From: Actinomycetota bacterium
GTDB lineage: Bacteria; Actinomycetota; Actinomycetes; S36-B12
Direction of reading: 5' to 3'
Length of the DNA stretch: 64,000 nt
Assembly: GCA_030650795.1 (NCBI GenBank)
Contig: JAUSDJ010000017.1
Coordinates: 388,077 to 452,076, forward strand
In this document: piece after piece, positions 24,712 through 34,459 of the stretch
Position numbering within the stretch: position 1 is the stretch's first letter
How the letters are laid out: every line of letters starts with the position of its first letter
Program-made: the position numbers and the translations under genes
Notes under the pieces: generated by a model
The model's database searches: none
Told to the model about the DNA's origin: nothing
The model's input: the letters and a program-made list of their open reading frames with translations, nothing else

Positions 24712-26997
24712 TCAAGTCGTCGAGATCGTCAAGGTCTGTGCAATGTGTGCGCCATCGGGCTTGGTGATCACAAATTCGGCCGTTGTCGTCGCGATGCCAT
24801 TCGGACTGGTGAACTGCACACGGCCGTTGACCACCGTTATCGTGCCGTAGCCCCCGGTGATCCGCGCGAAGTTCAGCACGCTGCCTGAGGGCGCACCGGC
24901 CAGTACGTCATAGAGCACCTCCGTATTTTGCGCCTGCGTTCCCGTGACTGCTGCAACACCGGTACGAGCCTCGGCGTCACGACGGATCGACGTTTCAGAC
25001 ATCGACAACACATGCCAGGGCTCGCTGGAGAGCACCTGCATGAACGGCGGGGGGCTGAGCGTCTTGAAACGGGGGTCATAGTGGACATTCAGATCCTGGT
25101 AGCCAGCATTGCTCGAAGTGTTGGTCAGCTTGCATCTGAAGTCCTGGCCAATGGATCCGACGATAGTCAGGTTGCCCATGGTCGGAGATGACGTGTAGTC
25201 CTGAATGGCGAAGCAGCCTTCACGAGAAAGCACTGCTGCATCGACGATGAGGTTCTGCATATTGGCAGAGATCCACTGGTTGTTGCCCGAGGTGACGGAC
25301 GGATGGAAGATGTACAAATAGGCCCGAGGGACCAGCCCCATGAGGTTTGTTGACGTCGCAGCAGGTACGCCATAGTCAGCGGCTGTCGGTGAGGTATAGG
25401 TCGTGTTCGTCACCGTCGCATCGAGCAGTCGGCCCGTGATCGCGATATCACCGTCGGCCACCATTGTGTACTGCCCAGTATAGGTCCCCTGCGCGTAGAC
25501 CGTGCCCCGGCGGCACATGCTCGAGGTCGGCGTACTCCAGGTATCGATTTGTTGCCCGCTCGCGTTTGTGGTCTCAATAGGAAATCCGTGATTCGTGCCC
25601 GATCCGCTGAATAGTGCATTGTCGTTGTAGGTCAGCGTGGGATCAGGGATCACAAACGGATACGGATTCGTGCCGATCTTGATCTCGCACGTCGGCGGAG
25701 TGACGCTCCAGTAATTGGGATCAGTGGACGTGGTTGGCACATCCTGTACGTAGATGACACCGTTGAAGCCAGCAGCCACCATGGTCGCGTAGTCCAAGAT
25801 TGCCGTCGGATGATGCTGAGCTGTCGTCGGAATGGCGGCATGCGTCGTCCCCTCTAGCGCGGTCCCGACCTGACAGAACGCGTTGGTCGATTTCGTATCG
25901 GGGCTGGTCACTGCAATTTTCCCCGCACCATTGGTGGTGTAAAAGCGGATGCGCGTGGTGCCGGTGAACAAACATCCTGCGGACTGAGCCAGGCTCTTCA
26001 TCGTCGACACTTGTACGGTGGTCGGCATCTCAAGCGAGCTCTCATACGTGGGATTCCACAGCTTCGGCTGGGTCGTGTCGATGATCTCTGCAGCCAGGTA
26101 ACTCTGATTGGAGTTCGAGCCCAGATAGGTCTCGTCGATCCAACGATGGTTCGCCGGACACCCGGCGGTCGTGGTCGTCGGCAATGGGCACGAGCTGGTC
26201 AGCAGGCCATGGAAGACTTGCCCAGACACCCCGGGGTCGGTCGCCGGGTCGATATTGGCGATATCCGAGTCGAAGTACCAGACGTCGTTGGTGTGCATAT
26301 CTCCGTACCAGGACTCAGTACGAGTGATGGCATCGTGCTTGCATTTGAGCGAATTTCGATGCAGGCCAGTCTGCGTCACTGAGACCGTCGATCCTGTCGT
26401 CGTGACCAGCACCGGCCCAGAACTGGCCCAGATCCTGTTGACACACATCACGGCGGCTTCCGCGGCGGTCAGCGATCCTGACTTGCCGTCGTAGGCGTCG
26501 GGATAGTCCACGGGCCAGGTCTCATAGTTGCTGAGATAGGAGTAGTCCGCCGAGGTGCGCTTATTGATCTCCGCCTCGACCGTGCGCACGATGATTTCGG
26601 AGCCGGTGCCCGCCCGCCCTGAAGCGGTCACCCGGATGCGCCCCGAGCGCGAGGCCTGACTGGTGTCGACGCTGTAGATGAACTGGGCAGGACTGGTGCC
26701 GCCGGGCACATTGACCCAGGAAGTGAAAGCCAGATTGGTCGAATCGACCGTTGTGTAGTAGTTGCTATTGGCTGCCAGCCGAGCACGGTAGTCGTCAATG
26801 CCTGCCTCTGCGGCAGCCCAAGCCTGATACGAGATTTCGCTTCGCTCCGATGGGCGAATTTGGTTCACCACCGTTTGGGCAACAACTGCCGACATTGCAA
26901 GGAGCACCGTTGACCAGATGATCACCAGGATCATCGCGGCTCCGCTTTGAGAATCGCCTGTGCGAGCGTCGCATCGTTTCACTTGATCACCGCTCAT
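24712..26997 (-). CDS. Large PilX-N-domain pilus-associated protein (about 760 aa), candidate tip/adhesin
   Basis: N-terminal hydrophobic pseudopilin-like helix (GAAMILVIIWSTVLLAMSAVVAQTVV...AAAEAGIDDY). The remainder is long, Thr/Ser-rich and probably beta-rich. Start is ATG 26997, GTG 26990 (GTGA overlap) or TTG 27003. Confidence 0.65.
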   Translation of the reverse strand: MSGDQVKRCDARTGDSQSGAAMILVIIWSTVLLAMSAVVAQTVVNQIRPSERSEISYQAWAAAEAGIDDYRARLAANSNYYTTVDSTNLAFTSWVNVPGGTSPAQFIYSVDTSQASRSGRIRVTASGRAGTGSEIIVRTVEAEINKRTSADYSYLSNYETWPVDYPDAYDGKSGSLTAAEAAVMCVNRIWASSGPVLVTTTGSTVSVTQTGLHRNSLKCKHDAITRTESWYGDMHTNDVWYFDSDIANIDPATDPGVSGQVFHGLLTSSCPLPTTTTAGCPANHRWIDETYLGSNSNQSYLAAEIIDTTQPKLWNPTYESSLEMPTTVQVSTMKSLAQSAGCLFTGTTRIRFYTTNGAGKIAVTSPDTKSTNAFCQVGTALEGTTHAAIPTTAQHHPTAILDYATMVAAGFNGVIYVQDVPTTSTDPNYWSVTPPTCEIKIGTNPYPFVIPDPTLTYNDNALFSGSGTNHGFPIETTNASGQQIDTWSTPTSSMCRRGTVYAQGTYTGQYTMVADGDIAITGRLLDATVTNTTYTSPTAADYGVPAATSTNLMGLVPRAYLYIFHPSVTSGNNQWISANMQNLIVDAAVLSREGCFAIQDYTSSPTMGNLTIVGSIGQDFRCKLTNTSSNAGYQDLNVHYDPRFKTLSPPPFMQVLSSEPWHVLSMSETSIRRDAEARTGVAAVTGTQAQNTEVLYDVLAGAPSGSVLNFARITGGYGTITVVNGRVQFTSPNGIATTTAEFVITKPDGAHIAQTLTISTT

Positions 26998-27652
26998 TGA
27001 CAAGGTAGACCGTCTGGTCGAGCGTCTGGGCGGACGAAGAATCGGTGATGAGGAGCTCGACTTTGGACAGTGAATCGCGCTGCAATGCAGTCAGAGTCCC
27101 GTCCGCTGCTGGGGCGACAATGGTCGAGACTCCATTCACTGTCGTCCAATACTGGAAGTGCAATGACGGTAATTGATTGCCCTCAACTTGAACCAGCACT
27201 CGCGTATTGGCCGAACTTGCATAGGTCGGGACTCCGTTGGTGAGCACGGCGGCTCCCGATGCAAAGTCCGGTGTCCACACCTGGCTGGTGATGCCGCTCA
27301 AGGTATTCAGCAGACGGACCTTGTACGGGATTCGGTCTACTGGCCCCGTGCCGGAGTAGGTCGTGAATGTCATCGCTGTCGTGGTCGCCTCAGTGATCGC
27401 CTCTGGCGGTGTTGGCCCCTCGACGGGATTGTCGGCGTATCGCAGCAAGCGCGACATCCACTCCATTGCATTCTGCTGCTGAATCTGAGTTGCTGAACTC
27501 TGCTCAGCCACCTGGATCGTCTGGATGCCTCGAATGAACAGAGTCGTGACGATTGCCATGAGCAAACTGAAGATCCCCATGGCGACGATCAACTCAATCA
27601 AGGTGAATCCTGCGTCGTCAGCGGTAACTGTGCCGCGCAACCTATTCCTCAT
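26987..27652 (-). CDS. Minor pilin (PilW-like) with prepilin-type N-terminus
   Basis: ..DDAG|FTLIELIVAMGIFSLLMAIV. ATG at 27652 forms an ATGA overlap with the upstream stop. Confidence 0.75.
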   Translation of the reverse strand: MRNRLRGTVTADDAGFTLIELIVAMGIFSLLMAIVTTLFIRGIQTIQVAEQSSATQIQQQNAMEWMSRLLRYADNPVEGPTPPEAITEATTTAMTFTTYSGTGPVDRIPYKVRLLNTLSGITSQVWTPDFASGAAVLTNGVPTYASSANTRVLVQVEGNQLPSLHFQYWTTVNGVSTIVAPAADGTLTALQRDSLSKVELLITDSSSAQTLDQTVYLVNER

Positions 27653-29016
27653 GCGGGCACCGGACAATTCGCACTCACCGTGGGATAGATCAGCAGCGGC
27701 GAGCTACTTGGAGTAGGGCTCGGGCTAGGGGTGGGACTTGGAGCGGGGGTTTGCGTTGCCTGACTTGCCGTGACGGAACCAGGGATCGGCCATTGGGCGC
27801 TGCAGGTTCCGGTCTCGGGGAGAACCTTGACGGCAACCTTGGTCGTGCTCCCGCTGACAGCAATTGACCACGTGCCAAAAGGCAGCCGGTTGCGCAGCAC
27901 CATGCTGCTGCCAACGGTGCCGAGGGCGTAGCTTTCGGTGCATCCACCAGTACCGCCCAGGGCGTCGCTGTGCGTAGCGATGGCCGTGGTCCCCTGGGCC
28001 GCGACAATCTCGATCTTGGCACTGGCCAGAGTCGCGACCGAAGTCTGGCCGGCTTCAGTGTTGATCACACTGGCAGCTGTGGTCGCCGCATCTGAGCACC
28101 TACCCAGCCACGCGGTGTAGCCAGCTGGTCTTGGCCACAGCCCAGCGACCGTTATCGGATAACTCGGCACCTGCACAGGGGTGAGTCCAAGGGGGTCCGG
28201 CGTCAGCGTAAACGGCACATTGGGCGGAACGACAAACGCATCAGTATCGGTGTTGAACTCAATTGCAGCTGGCAGGTCATAGGCGAATGAATAGGGCGTA
28301 TTGGCAAGGGATTGCACCTGCTTGACCACCACATTCGTGCCCGTGGCCTCAGTGATGTAGCCAGTCTTCGTGATCTGCACCCGCCACTGGGTGCTCGTGC
28401 CGACATTGGGAATGAAGACACAGCCGTCAGCGCCAGTAGCAAAGCTGAACGGGCTCGCCTGTCCAGTGAGATCGGTTCCGACAACTGTGACGCCAGCGAC
28501 CGGTGTGCCCCGCGAATCAACGACTTCGGCCGTCACGGTTCCCGTGTCATTCACGGCTGGGATCGGATCCAGCGGATAGACCAGGGTGTCGCTTGTCTGG
28601 GGACTGTCGAGCTTGTCGCTCATCACCTCGACATGCACCCGGACGTAACTCTGCCCAGGCACCACCCCACTGCCCACATGGCAGGGGTTGGTCGTCTGGC
28701 CAATGCCAACCCAGTTGGCCGTGGTACTCACGGTGTATTGCCCTTGAGTCGTTGCGACCGTGCTCACATGCAGACCAAGAGGGATCGCATAGGCGCCATC
28801 GGCTCGAAGACTCTCAGCCTGACTACGGGCGATCGAGGCTGAAGCAACTCGATCCGCGTTGCCGCGAATTGTCTTCAATGCTCCAACCACCATCGTCAGG
28901 GATGCCCCAGCAACAATCAAGAAGATGACCATCGCGGCCATCACCTCAATGAGCGTGAAACCATCCTCCGCAGACGCGGATTTGGCCCGGTTTGTCTGCA
29001 GATTGATCACCGCCAC
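27649..29016 (-). CDS. Large minor pilin (PilV-like, 455 aa) with Ig/CarboxypepD_reg-like middle and PT-rich C-terminus
   Basis: ..AEDG|FTLIEVMAAMVIFLIVAG. VTAEVVDSRGTPVAGVTVVGTDL is typical of carboxypeptidase-regulatory-like beta-sandwiches. The tail reads TPAPSPTPSPSPTPSSSP. GTG start at 29016 or 29010. Confidence 0.75.
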   Translation of the reverse strand: MAVINLQTNRAKSASAEDGFTLIEVMAAMVIFLIVAGASLTMVVGALKTIRGNADRVASASIARSQAESLRADGAYAIPLGLHVSTVATTQGQYTVSTTANWVGIGQTTNPCHVGSGVVPGQSYVRVHVEVMSDKLDSPQTSDTLVYPLDPIPAVNDTGTVTAEVVDSRGTPVAGVTVVGTDLTGQASPFSFATGADGCVFIPNVGTSTQWRVQITKTGYITEATGTNVVVKQVQSLANTPYSFAYDLPAAIEFNTDTDAFVVPPNVPFTLTPDPLGLTPVQVPSYPITVAGLWPRPAGYTAWLGRCSDAATTAASVINTEAGQTSVATLASAKIEIVAAQGTTAIATHSDALGGTGGCTESYALGTVGSSMVLRNRLPFGTWSIAVSGSTTKVAVKVLPETGTCSAQWPIPGSVTASQATQTPAPSPTPSPSPTPSSSPLLIYPTVSANCPVPA

Positions 29017-29047
29017 CCTCTATTCGATCAATCCCACGTTCGAACGA

Positions 29048-29077
29048 CTTATAGGGAGTTTCGGACAGATATTGCAG
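29048..29077 (-). promoter_or_regulatory. Candidate minor-pilin operon promoter: TGCAAT-N17-TATAAG with GTCCGAAAC in the spacer
   Basis: The minus strand reads cTGCAATatctGTCCGAAACtcccTATAAG, about 30-60 nt upstream of the start, inside an AT-rich intergenic region. Confidence 0.35.
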
Positions 29078-29140
29078 CAACGGTGTCGGGAGAAGATATG
29101 AATTCTGTTCACCGAAATAATTCCAGCCAACAGAGGCAGA

Positions 29141-30418
29141 TTAGGCAGACTTGTCGCGACGTTCCTCTTCACGAGGAATGAGCGTGGGATGCACGTTGTC
29201 ACGCACGACCTCGTCAGTGATGACCACCTTGCCGACGTCATCGCGGCTTGGCACGTCGTACATCACGTTAAGCAGAACTTCTTCAAGAATTGATCTCAAT
29301 CCGCGAGCACCGGTGCCACGCAGCAATGCCTGATCGGCAATTTCCTGCAGAGCTCCATCGGTGAACTCGAGCTCGACATTGTCCAGATCGAACAGGCGTT
29401 GATACTGCTTGATGAGCGCATTGCGAGGCTCAGTGAGCACTGCGACGAGCGCATCGCGATCAAGTTTGCTTACAGCCGTGAACACAGGCAGACGGCCGAT
29501 GAACTCAGGAATCATGCCGAACTTCAAGAGATCTTCGGGCATGACCTGGCTGAAGATGTCAAGGGGATTCGTATCGACCTCGGGGCGCTCACCATCAACG
29601 AGATCAAAGGTGAATCCCATGGCCTTCTTGCCAGTGCGCTGCTCGATGATGTGATCCAGCCCGGCAAAGGCTCCACCAACAATGAACAACACGTTTGTGG
29701 TGTCGATCTGAATGAACTCCTGATGAGGATGCTTACGACCACCCTGCGGTGGCACTGATGCTGTGGTGCCTTCAAGGATCTTCAACAGAGCCTGCTGCAC
29801 GCCCTCACCTGAAACGTCTCGAGTGATCGATGGGTTCTCGCTCTTGCGAGCGACCTTGTCGATCTCGTCGATGTAGATGATGCCGGTCTCGGCCTTCTTC
29901 ACATCAAAGTCAGCGGCCTGGATGAGTTTCAACAGGATGTTCTCAACATCCTCACCAACGTAGCCGGCTTCAGTCAATGCGGTGGCATCAGCAATGGCAA
30001 AGGGAACATTGAGCATGCGCGCAAGGGTCTGCGCGAGCAAGGTCTTGCCAGAACCCGTGGGACCCAGCAGCAAGATATTCGACTTCGCCAGTTCGATGGC
30101 ATCGTCCTTGGCACCTTCGCCGCCAGCCTGCACTCGCTTGTAGTGGTTGTACACGGCAACTGCCAAGGCCTTCTTTGCAGTCTCCTGGCCGATCACATAC
30201 TGATCGAGGAATTCAAAAATCTCACGAGGCTTGGGCAGTTCGCCCAGACCAAGTTCAAGACTCTCGCTGAACTCTTCTTCGATGATCTCGTTGCACAGAT
30301 CGATGCACTCATCGCAGATGTAGACGCCGGGGCCAGCAATGAGCTTCTTGACCTGCTTCTGGCTCTTTCCACAGAAAGAACACTTCAGCAGATCACCGCT
30401 CTCGCCGATGCGCGCCAC
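29141..30418 (-). CDS. clpX: ATP-dependent Clp protease ATP-binding subunit ClpX
   Basis: N-terminal zinc finger (CSFCGK...CDECIDLC), Walker [12 protein letters not shown], full-length similarity to ClpX. Confidence 0.95.
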   Translation of the reverse strand: MARIGESGDLLKCSFCGKSQKQVKKLIAGPGVYICDECIDLCNEIIEEEFSESLELGLGELPKPREIFEFLDQYVIGQETAKKALAVAVYNHYKRVQAGGEGAKDDAIELAKSNILLLGPTGSGKTLLAQTLARMLNVPFAIADATALTEAGYVGEDVENILLKLIQAADFDVKKAETGIIYIDEIDKVARKSENPSITRDVSGEGVQQALLKILEGTTASVPPQGGRKHPHQEFIQIDTTNVLFIVGGAFAGLDHIIEQRTGKKAMGFTFDLVDGERPEVDTNPLDIFSQVMPEDLLKFGMIPEFIGRLPVFTAVSKLDRDALVAVLTEPRNALIKQYQRLFDLDNVELEFTDGALQEIADQALLRGTGARGLRSILEEVLLNVMYDVPSRDDVGKVVITDEVVRDNVHPTLIPREEERRDKSA

Positions 30419-30455
30419 GCAAGTGCCCCTTTCAATGCCCCAAGGGGCTCTCCTA

Positions 30456-30521
30456 CTGCAATTTGGCCGGGTGTGAAGCCCGACTAGGAATGACCGTACC
30501 TTCCCGGCGCCACAATTGCAG
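30456..30521 (-). other. Long imperfect hairpin in the clpP2-clpX spacer
   Basis: ctgcaatttggccggg (30456-30471) pairs with cccggcgccacaattgcag (30503-30521): 16 bp with a 2-nt bulge and a 31-nt loop. Confidence 0.3.
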
Positions 30522-30586
30522 CCTCACGGCACGCCGAATCCGCCGTCAACACCATGCGTTTGCTTAGAGAAGTGGCCTGCCAGCGA

Positions 30587-31198
30587 CTAGGCCTTGCGCG
30601 AAGCGATGACCTGATCGATGATCCCGTACTCCTTGGCGTCTGACGCGGTCAGAATCTTGTCGCGCTCGATGTCCTTGGCAACCTGCTCAGGGGTGCGGCC
30701 GGAATGCTTGGCGAGCATCCCTTCCATCTCAAGGCGCATCCGCAGTATCTCGTTGGCTTGGATCTCGATATCGGAACCCTGACCGCCACCTTCGGTGTAG
30801 GGCTGGTGGATCAGAACGCGAGCATGCGGGAGAGCGAAGCGCTTGCCAGGGGTTCCAGCTGCCAGCACCACAGCGGCAGCAGAAGCGGCCTGACCAAGGC
30901 AGACCGTCTGGATCTGCGGCTTGACGAACTGCATGGTGTCGTAGATCGCGGTCATCGCGGTGTATGAGCCACCGGGTGAGTTGATATAGATCTGAATATC
31001 ACGATCAGGATCCATCGACTCAAGGCAGAGCAACTGCGCCATCACGTCATCAGCCGAAGCGTCGTCAATCTGCACGCCCAGGAAGATGATGCGCTCTTCG
31101 AACAGCTTGGTGTAGGGGTTGTGCGTGCGCTCGCCATTGGCGTGACGCTCGCGGAACTCCGGCAGAATGTAGCGACTCTGAGGACTCAAGCTGTTCAC
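30587..31198 (-). CDS. clpP2: ATP-dependent Clp protease proteolytic subunit (downstream paralog)
   Basis: ClpP family (IFLGVQIDD..., [14 protein letters not shown] catalytic Ser region). GTG start in a GTGA overlap with clpP1. Confidence 0.9.
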   Translation of the reverse strand: MNSLSPQSRYILPEFRERHANGERTHNPYTKLFEERIIFLGVQIDDASADDVMAQLLCLESMDPDRDIQIYINSPGGSYTAMTAIYDTMQFVKPQIQTVCLGQAASAAAVVLAAGTPGKRFALPHARVLIHQPYTEGGGQGSDIEIQANEILRMRLEMEGMLAKHSGRTPEQVAKDIERDKILTASDAKEYGIIDQVIASRKA

Positions 31199-31842
31199 TT
31201 CTCTTCTCCCTTGGAGCTCTTCTTGGGTGCCGCATCTGGTGCATCAACTGGTCCGGCGTAGACGTGATCGATGAGTCCGTAGGCCTTCGCCTCTTCTGCA
31301 TCAAACCAACGGTCGCGATCGGAGTCAGACTCGATCTGCTCAAGTGGCTGACCACTGTGCTCGGAAATCAGCTTGGCCAGACGCTTCTTGATAAAGAGCA
31401 TCTGCTCAGCTTGAATCTTGATGTCACTTGCCGTACCACCGATGCCACCCAGCGGCTGGTGCATGAGGATGCGGGTGTTCGGGGTTGCGTAGCGCTTGCC
31501 AGTGGTACCTGCGCAGAGCAGGAATTGCCCCATCGAAGCCGCCAGGCCCATCGCGATGGTGGTCACGTCATTTGGGATCAATTGCATGGTGTCGTAGATG
31601 ACCATGCCTGCAGTGACCGAACCACCCGGAGAGTTGATGTAGAGGGTGATGTCAGCATCCGGGTCTTCAGCCGCGAGCACCTGAAGCTGCTTGGCGATGC
31701 GGTTGGAGTTCTCATCGCGCACCTCGCCCTCGAGCCAAACGATGCGCTCGCGCAGGAGTCGCTCGTCAAGCATGTCACCGAAACCCGACGGGGCTCCGGC
31801 GGCCATGACCGGACCCGAACCAGCTAAGAATATTTGCGTCAC
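31195..31842 (-). CDS. clpP1: ATP-dependent Clp protease proteolytic subunit (upstream paralog)
   Basis: ClpP family ([14 protein letters not shown]). The tandem clpP1-clpP2 arrangement is typical of Actinomycetota. Confidence 0.9.
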   Translation of the reverse strand: MTQIFLAGSGPVMAAGAPSGFGDMLDERLLRERIVWLEGEVRDENSNRIAKQLQVLAAEDPDADITLYINSPGGSVTAGMVIYDTMQLIPNDVTTIAMGLAASMGQFLLCAGTTGKRYATPNTRILMHQPLGGIGGTASDIKIQAEQMLFIKKRLAKLISEHSGQPLEQIESDSDRDRWFDAEEAKAYGLIDHVYAGPVDAPDAAPKKSSKGEEK

Positions 31843-32018
31843 GCGAACCTCCTGAAGAGAACTGCACTGACCCTAACCTGCAAGGACTCCGAGAACTTCC
31901 CAAGATGGCGCATGTTCGCCGCGAGCCAAAAGCGGCTTCCCGCATCCCGGACTTAAATGAATTTGCAGGCGTCGCCAAAAGGCAACACCCGCAAATCGAT
32001 GGTCAGAATTTGAGCTGA

Positions 32019-33395
32019 TTATGCGTGGTCATGTCCTTCGTGATCATGGCCTTCGTGATCATGACCTTCATGGTCTTCCTCAGTGGCGTCACCGATCGAG
32101 AAGTCCTCAAGGCCGGGGATCTCATTGAGTTCAGCTTCAAGCGCCTCAAGGTCAACGGCATTGCCATCGGCATCCACAATCGACACCTGCTTCATAGCAG
32201 CAGCGAGAGCCTTGCCGCGGCGAATGTCTTGAATTGCCATCGGCACCTGATCGGCTTCGACCAAAGCCTGGGCAAACTGCTCTGGCGCCATGCCGTAGCG
32301 AGGTGCGTTCTGCACCAACCACGATGACAACTCCGACTCGCCGACGGAGATCTCCTCAGACTCAGCGATCTTGTCGAGGATGAACTGACTCTTCAATGAC
32401 TTGCGTGCCTGCTCTTCGACCTCGGCACGGTGGTTCTCATCACCCTCGTGTCCGTCATGGAAGTGATCTTCGACTTCAGCGGTAATGACGCCTTCCGGCA
32501 GCGGAATGTCTATGAGTTCAAGCAGCGCCTCATGCGTCTTCTCACGAGCCTCGCCAACCTGCTCGATCTTCTTCATGCGCACCAGACGCTCTGAATAATC
32601 CGCACGCAATTCAGCGACATTGTCGAACTCCGAGGCCAACTGAGCGAAGTCATCGTCGAGCTCAGGCAACTCTCGTTCGCGCACTGCCTGCACCTTGACG
32701 TGAACATCGAGATCGACGTTGGTCCAGTCGCCGTTCTGCGGGACGAAGGTGAACGTCACTTCACCATCCTTTGCAAGGCCCCGAACTGCGTCATCGAATC
32801 CCGGAAGCATGCCGTCGCTGCCAAGTTCATACGAGAGCGCATTGCCCACGAGGTCTTCGACGGAGTCGCCCTCCGGGGTCATGCCGGCGATGTCCACCAA
32901 CAGCACGTCACCGTCTTCGGCGCCGCGCTCAACATCCTTGAGGGTGGCAAAGCGGGTGCGCAGCGAAGTCAGTTGCGCATCAACATCTTCATCGGTTGGA
33001 GTGGCATTGCCGACCTCAACCTTGACAGTGTCAAGGGCAGGCAGTTCAAACTCGGGGCGAACATCGACCTCTGCGGTGAATGCGATGTGCTCGCCATCCT
33101 TGACTTCAGTCACTTCAACATCTGGGCGCCCAACTGGCGTGATGTTGTTGCTGCGCAGAGCCTCGGTATATGCCTTGGGCACGTGGTTGTTCACCGCCTC
33201 ATCAAGGACCGCGCCGCGGCCAAAGCGCTGCTCGATGACTCGCGCCGGAACCTTTCCCTTGCGGAAGCCAGGCACGCTGACCTGCTTGCCGATGGTGGCG
33301 TAGGCCTCGTCAAACGAGGGCTTGAGCTCGTCGAAGGGGACCTCAATGGTCAACTTGACTCGGGTGGGCGAGAGGGTCTCGACGTCGCTCTTCAC
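32019..33395 (-). CDS. tig: Trigger factor with His-rich C-terminal tail
   Basis: MKSDVETLSPTRVKLTIEVPFDEL N-terminus, FKBP-type middle domain, conserved position upstream of clpP1. The tail reads EEDHEGHDHEGHDHEGHDHA. Confidence 0.9.
   Translation of the reverse strand: MKSDVETLSPTRVKLTIEVPFDELKPSFDEAYATIGKQVSVPGFRKGKVPARVIEQRFGRGAVLDEAVNNHVPKAYTEALRSNNITPVGRPDVEVTEVKDGEHIAFTAEVDVRPEFELPALDTVKVEVGNATPTDEDVDAQLTSLRTRFATLKDVERGAEDGDVLLVDIAGMTPEGDSVEDLVGNALSYELGSDGMLPGFDDAVRGLAKDGEVTFTFVPQNGDWTNVDLDVHVKVQAVRERELPELDDDFAQLASEFDNVAELRADYSERLVRMKKIEQVGEAREKTHEALLELIDIPLPEGVITAEVEDHFHDGHEGDENHRAEVEEQARKSLKSQFILDKIAESEEISVGESELSSWLVQNAPRYGMAPEQFAQALVEADQVPMAIQDIRRGKALAAAMKQVSIVDADGNAVDLEALEAELNEIPGLEDFSIGDATEEDHEGHDHEGHDHEGHDHA
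32025..32075 (-). repeat. 15-bp tandem repeat (about 3.3 units) encoding (HEGHD)n at the tig 3' end
   Basis: Plus-strand units are gtggtcatgtccttc, gtgatcatggccttc, gtgatcatgaccttc, then atggtc. Confidence 0.8.
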
Positions 33396-33451
33396 AACAG
33401 TTCACTCCTGATTGGTGGGGCTACCAAATCCGAGCAAGGAACTCGGTTTGA

Positions 33452-33527
33452 TGGTCGGGGCGACAGGACTCGAACCTGCGATTTCCTGCTCCCAAAGCAG
33501 GCGCGCTAGCCACTACGCTACGCCCCG
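33452..33527 (-). tRNA. tRNA-Pro (anticodon UGG), CCA encoded
   Basis: Hand-folded cloverleaf: acceptor CGGGGCG/CGCCCCG, anticodon arm CCTGC-TTTGGGA-GCAGG, T-arm GCAGG-TTCGAGT-CCTGT. 76 nt. Confidence 0.85.
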
Positions 33528-33581
33528 CGTTGGCCGAGTGAGCAGTGTAGACGTACCGCTAGACTCCCGTTCGCACTGCCC

Positions 33582-33655
33582 GCGGGTGTAGCTCAATGGT
33601 AGAGCCCCAGCCTTCCAAGCTGGCCATGCCGGTTCGATCCCGGTCACCCGCTCCA
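33582..33655 (+). tRNA. tRNA-Gly (anticodon UCC), CCA encoded
   Basis: Hand-folded cloverleaf: acceptor GCGGGTG/CACCCGC, anticodon arm CCAGC-CTTCCAA-GCTGG, T-arm GCCGG-TTCGATC-CCGGT. 74 nt. Confidence 0.85.
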
Positions 33656-33727
33656 CCTATGAATATCGGGCAAGATCAGGCCTTCCTGCGTCTGGCTGGC
33701 TCGCTGTCGCACGTACTTGTGAATTTC

Positions 33728-34459
33728 TCAACTGCCCTGGCCCATGCTCCAAATCGTCCAGACACATGTGCGAAGTGTCCGCGGCTGACGAAGGGTGGTG
33801 ACAACGGCTGCAGCCACGTCTTCGGGTTGTAGGTATTGTGCAAAGCGCGGGTCGTCGGGCACGCGCCCAGTTCCGACCGCGAACTCGGTGGCCGTGCCGG
33901 CCGGGCAGATGAGCGTGACGCGTACACCACTCTCGCGCAGCTCGCGATCCAGAGACCCAGCGAGTCCCACTTGTGCATGCTTGGTGGCTGCATAGACGGC
34001 CTCGTCCGGGCCGCCTCTGAAGCCGGCGACGCTGGAGACGATCACGACATCGCCGCCGCCGGCGGCAAGCATGGTGGGCAGGGCTGCCCGCACGGTCCAT
34101 ACGGTGCCCGTAAAATTTGTCTCCATCATCGTGGTGAGCTGCTCGTCACTTTGTTCAAGGATTCCCCCGTGCAGCCCGATGCCGGCGTTTGGCACGACGG
34201 AGTCCAAGCGGCCCCAGCGATCGACCGCTGTGTTGATCAGCCGTGCGTTGTCCAAGGGCGTACGCACGTCCATGGCTACCCCAACAGCGTTATCCGCGCC
34301 GAGCTCGGTCACGAGCGCCTCCAGACGCTCGGTGCGACGGCCACCGAGCGCGACGCGAGCACCCTCGGCAACTAATTGTCTGGCCGTCTCGCGTCCGATC
34401 CCGGATGTGGCACCCGTGATTGCGATGACCGTGCCTGCCAGATCTCGATTGAAACTCAT
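33728..34459 (-). CDS. SDR-family oxidoreductase
   Basis: TGATSGIGRET cofactor motif, NAG, and Y..ATKHA (YxxxK) catalytic motif. Confidence 0.85.
   Translation of the reverse strand: MSFNRDLAGTVIAITGATSGIGRETARQLVAEGARVALGGRRTERLEALVTELGADNAVGVAMDVRTPLDNARLINTAVDRWGRLDSVVPNAGIGLHGGILEQSDEQLTTMMETNFTGTVWTVRAALPTMLAAGGGDVVIVSSVAGFRGGPDEAVYAATKHAQVGLAGSLDRELRESGVRVTLICPAGTATEFAVGTGRVPDDPRFAQYLQPEDVAAAVVTTLRQPRTLRTCVWTIWSMGQGS

Noticed and set aside
31900-31935. Possible ClgR-type operator upstream of clpP1 (ggcgcatgttcgccgcgagcc contains TTCGC-N5-GCC and GGCG-N6-CGCC).
   Set aside because: I cannot recall the consensus precisely enough, and the match is imperfect (GCC instead of GCG). This needs a proper PWM scan.
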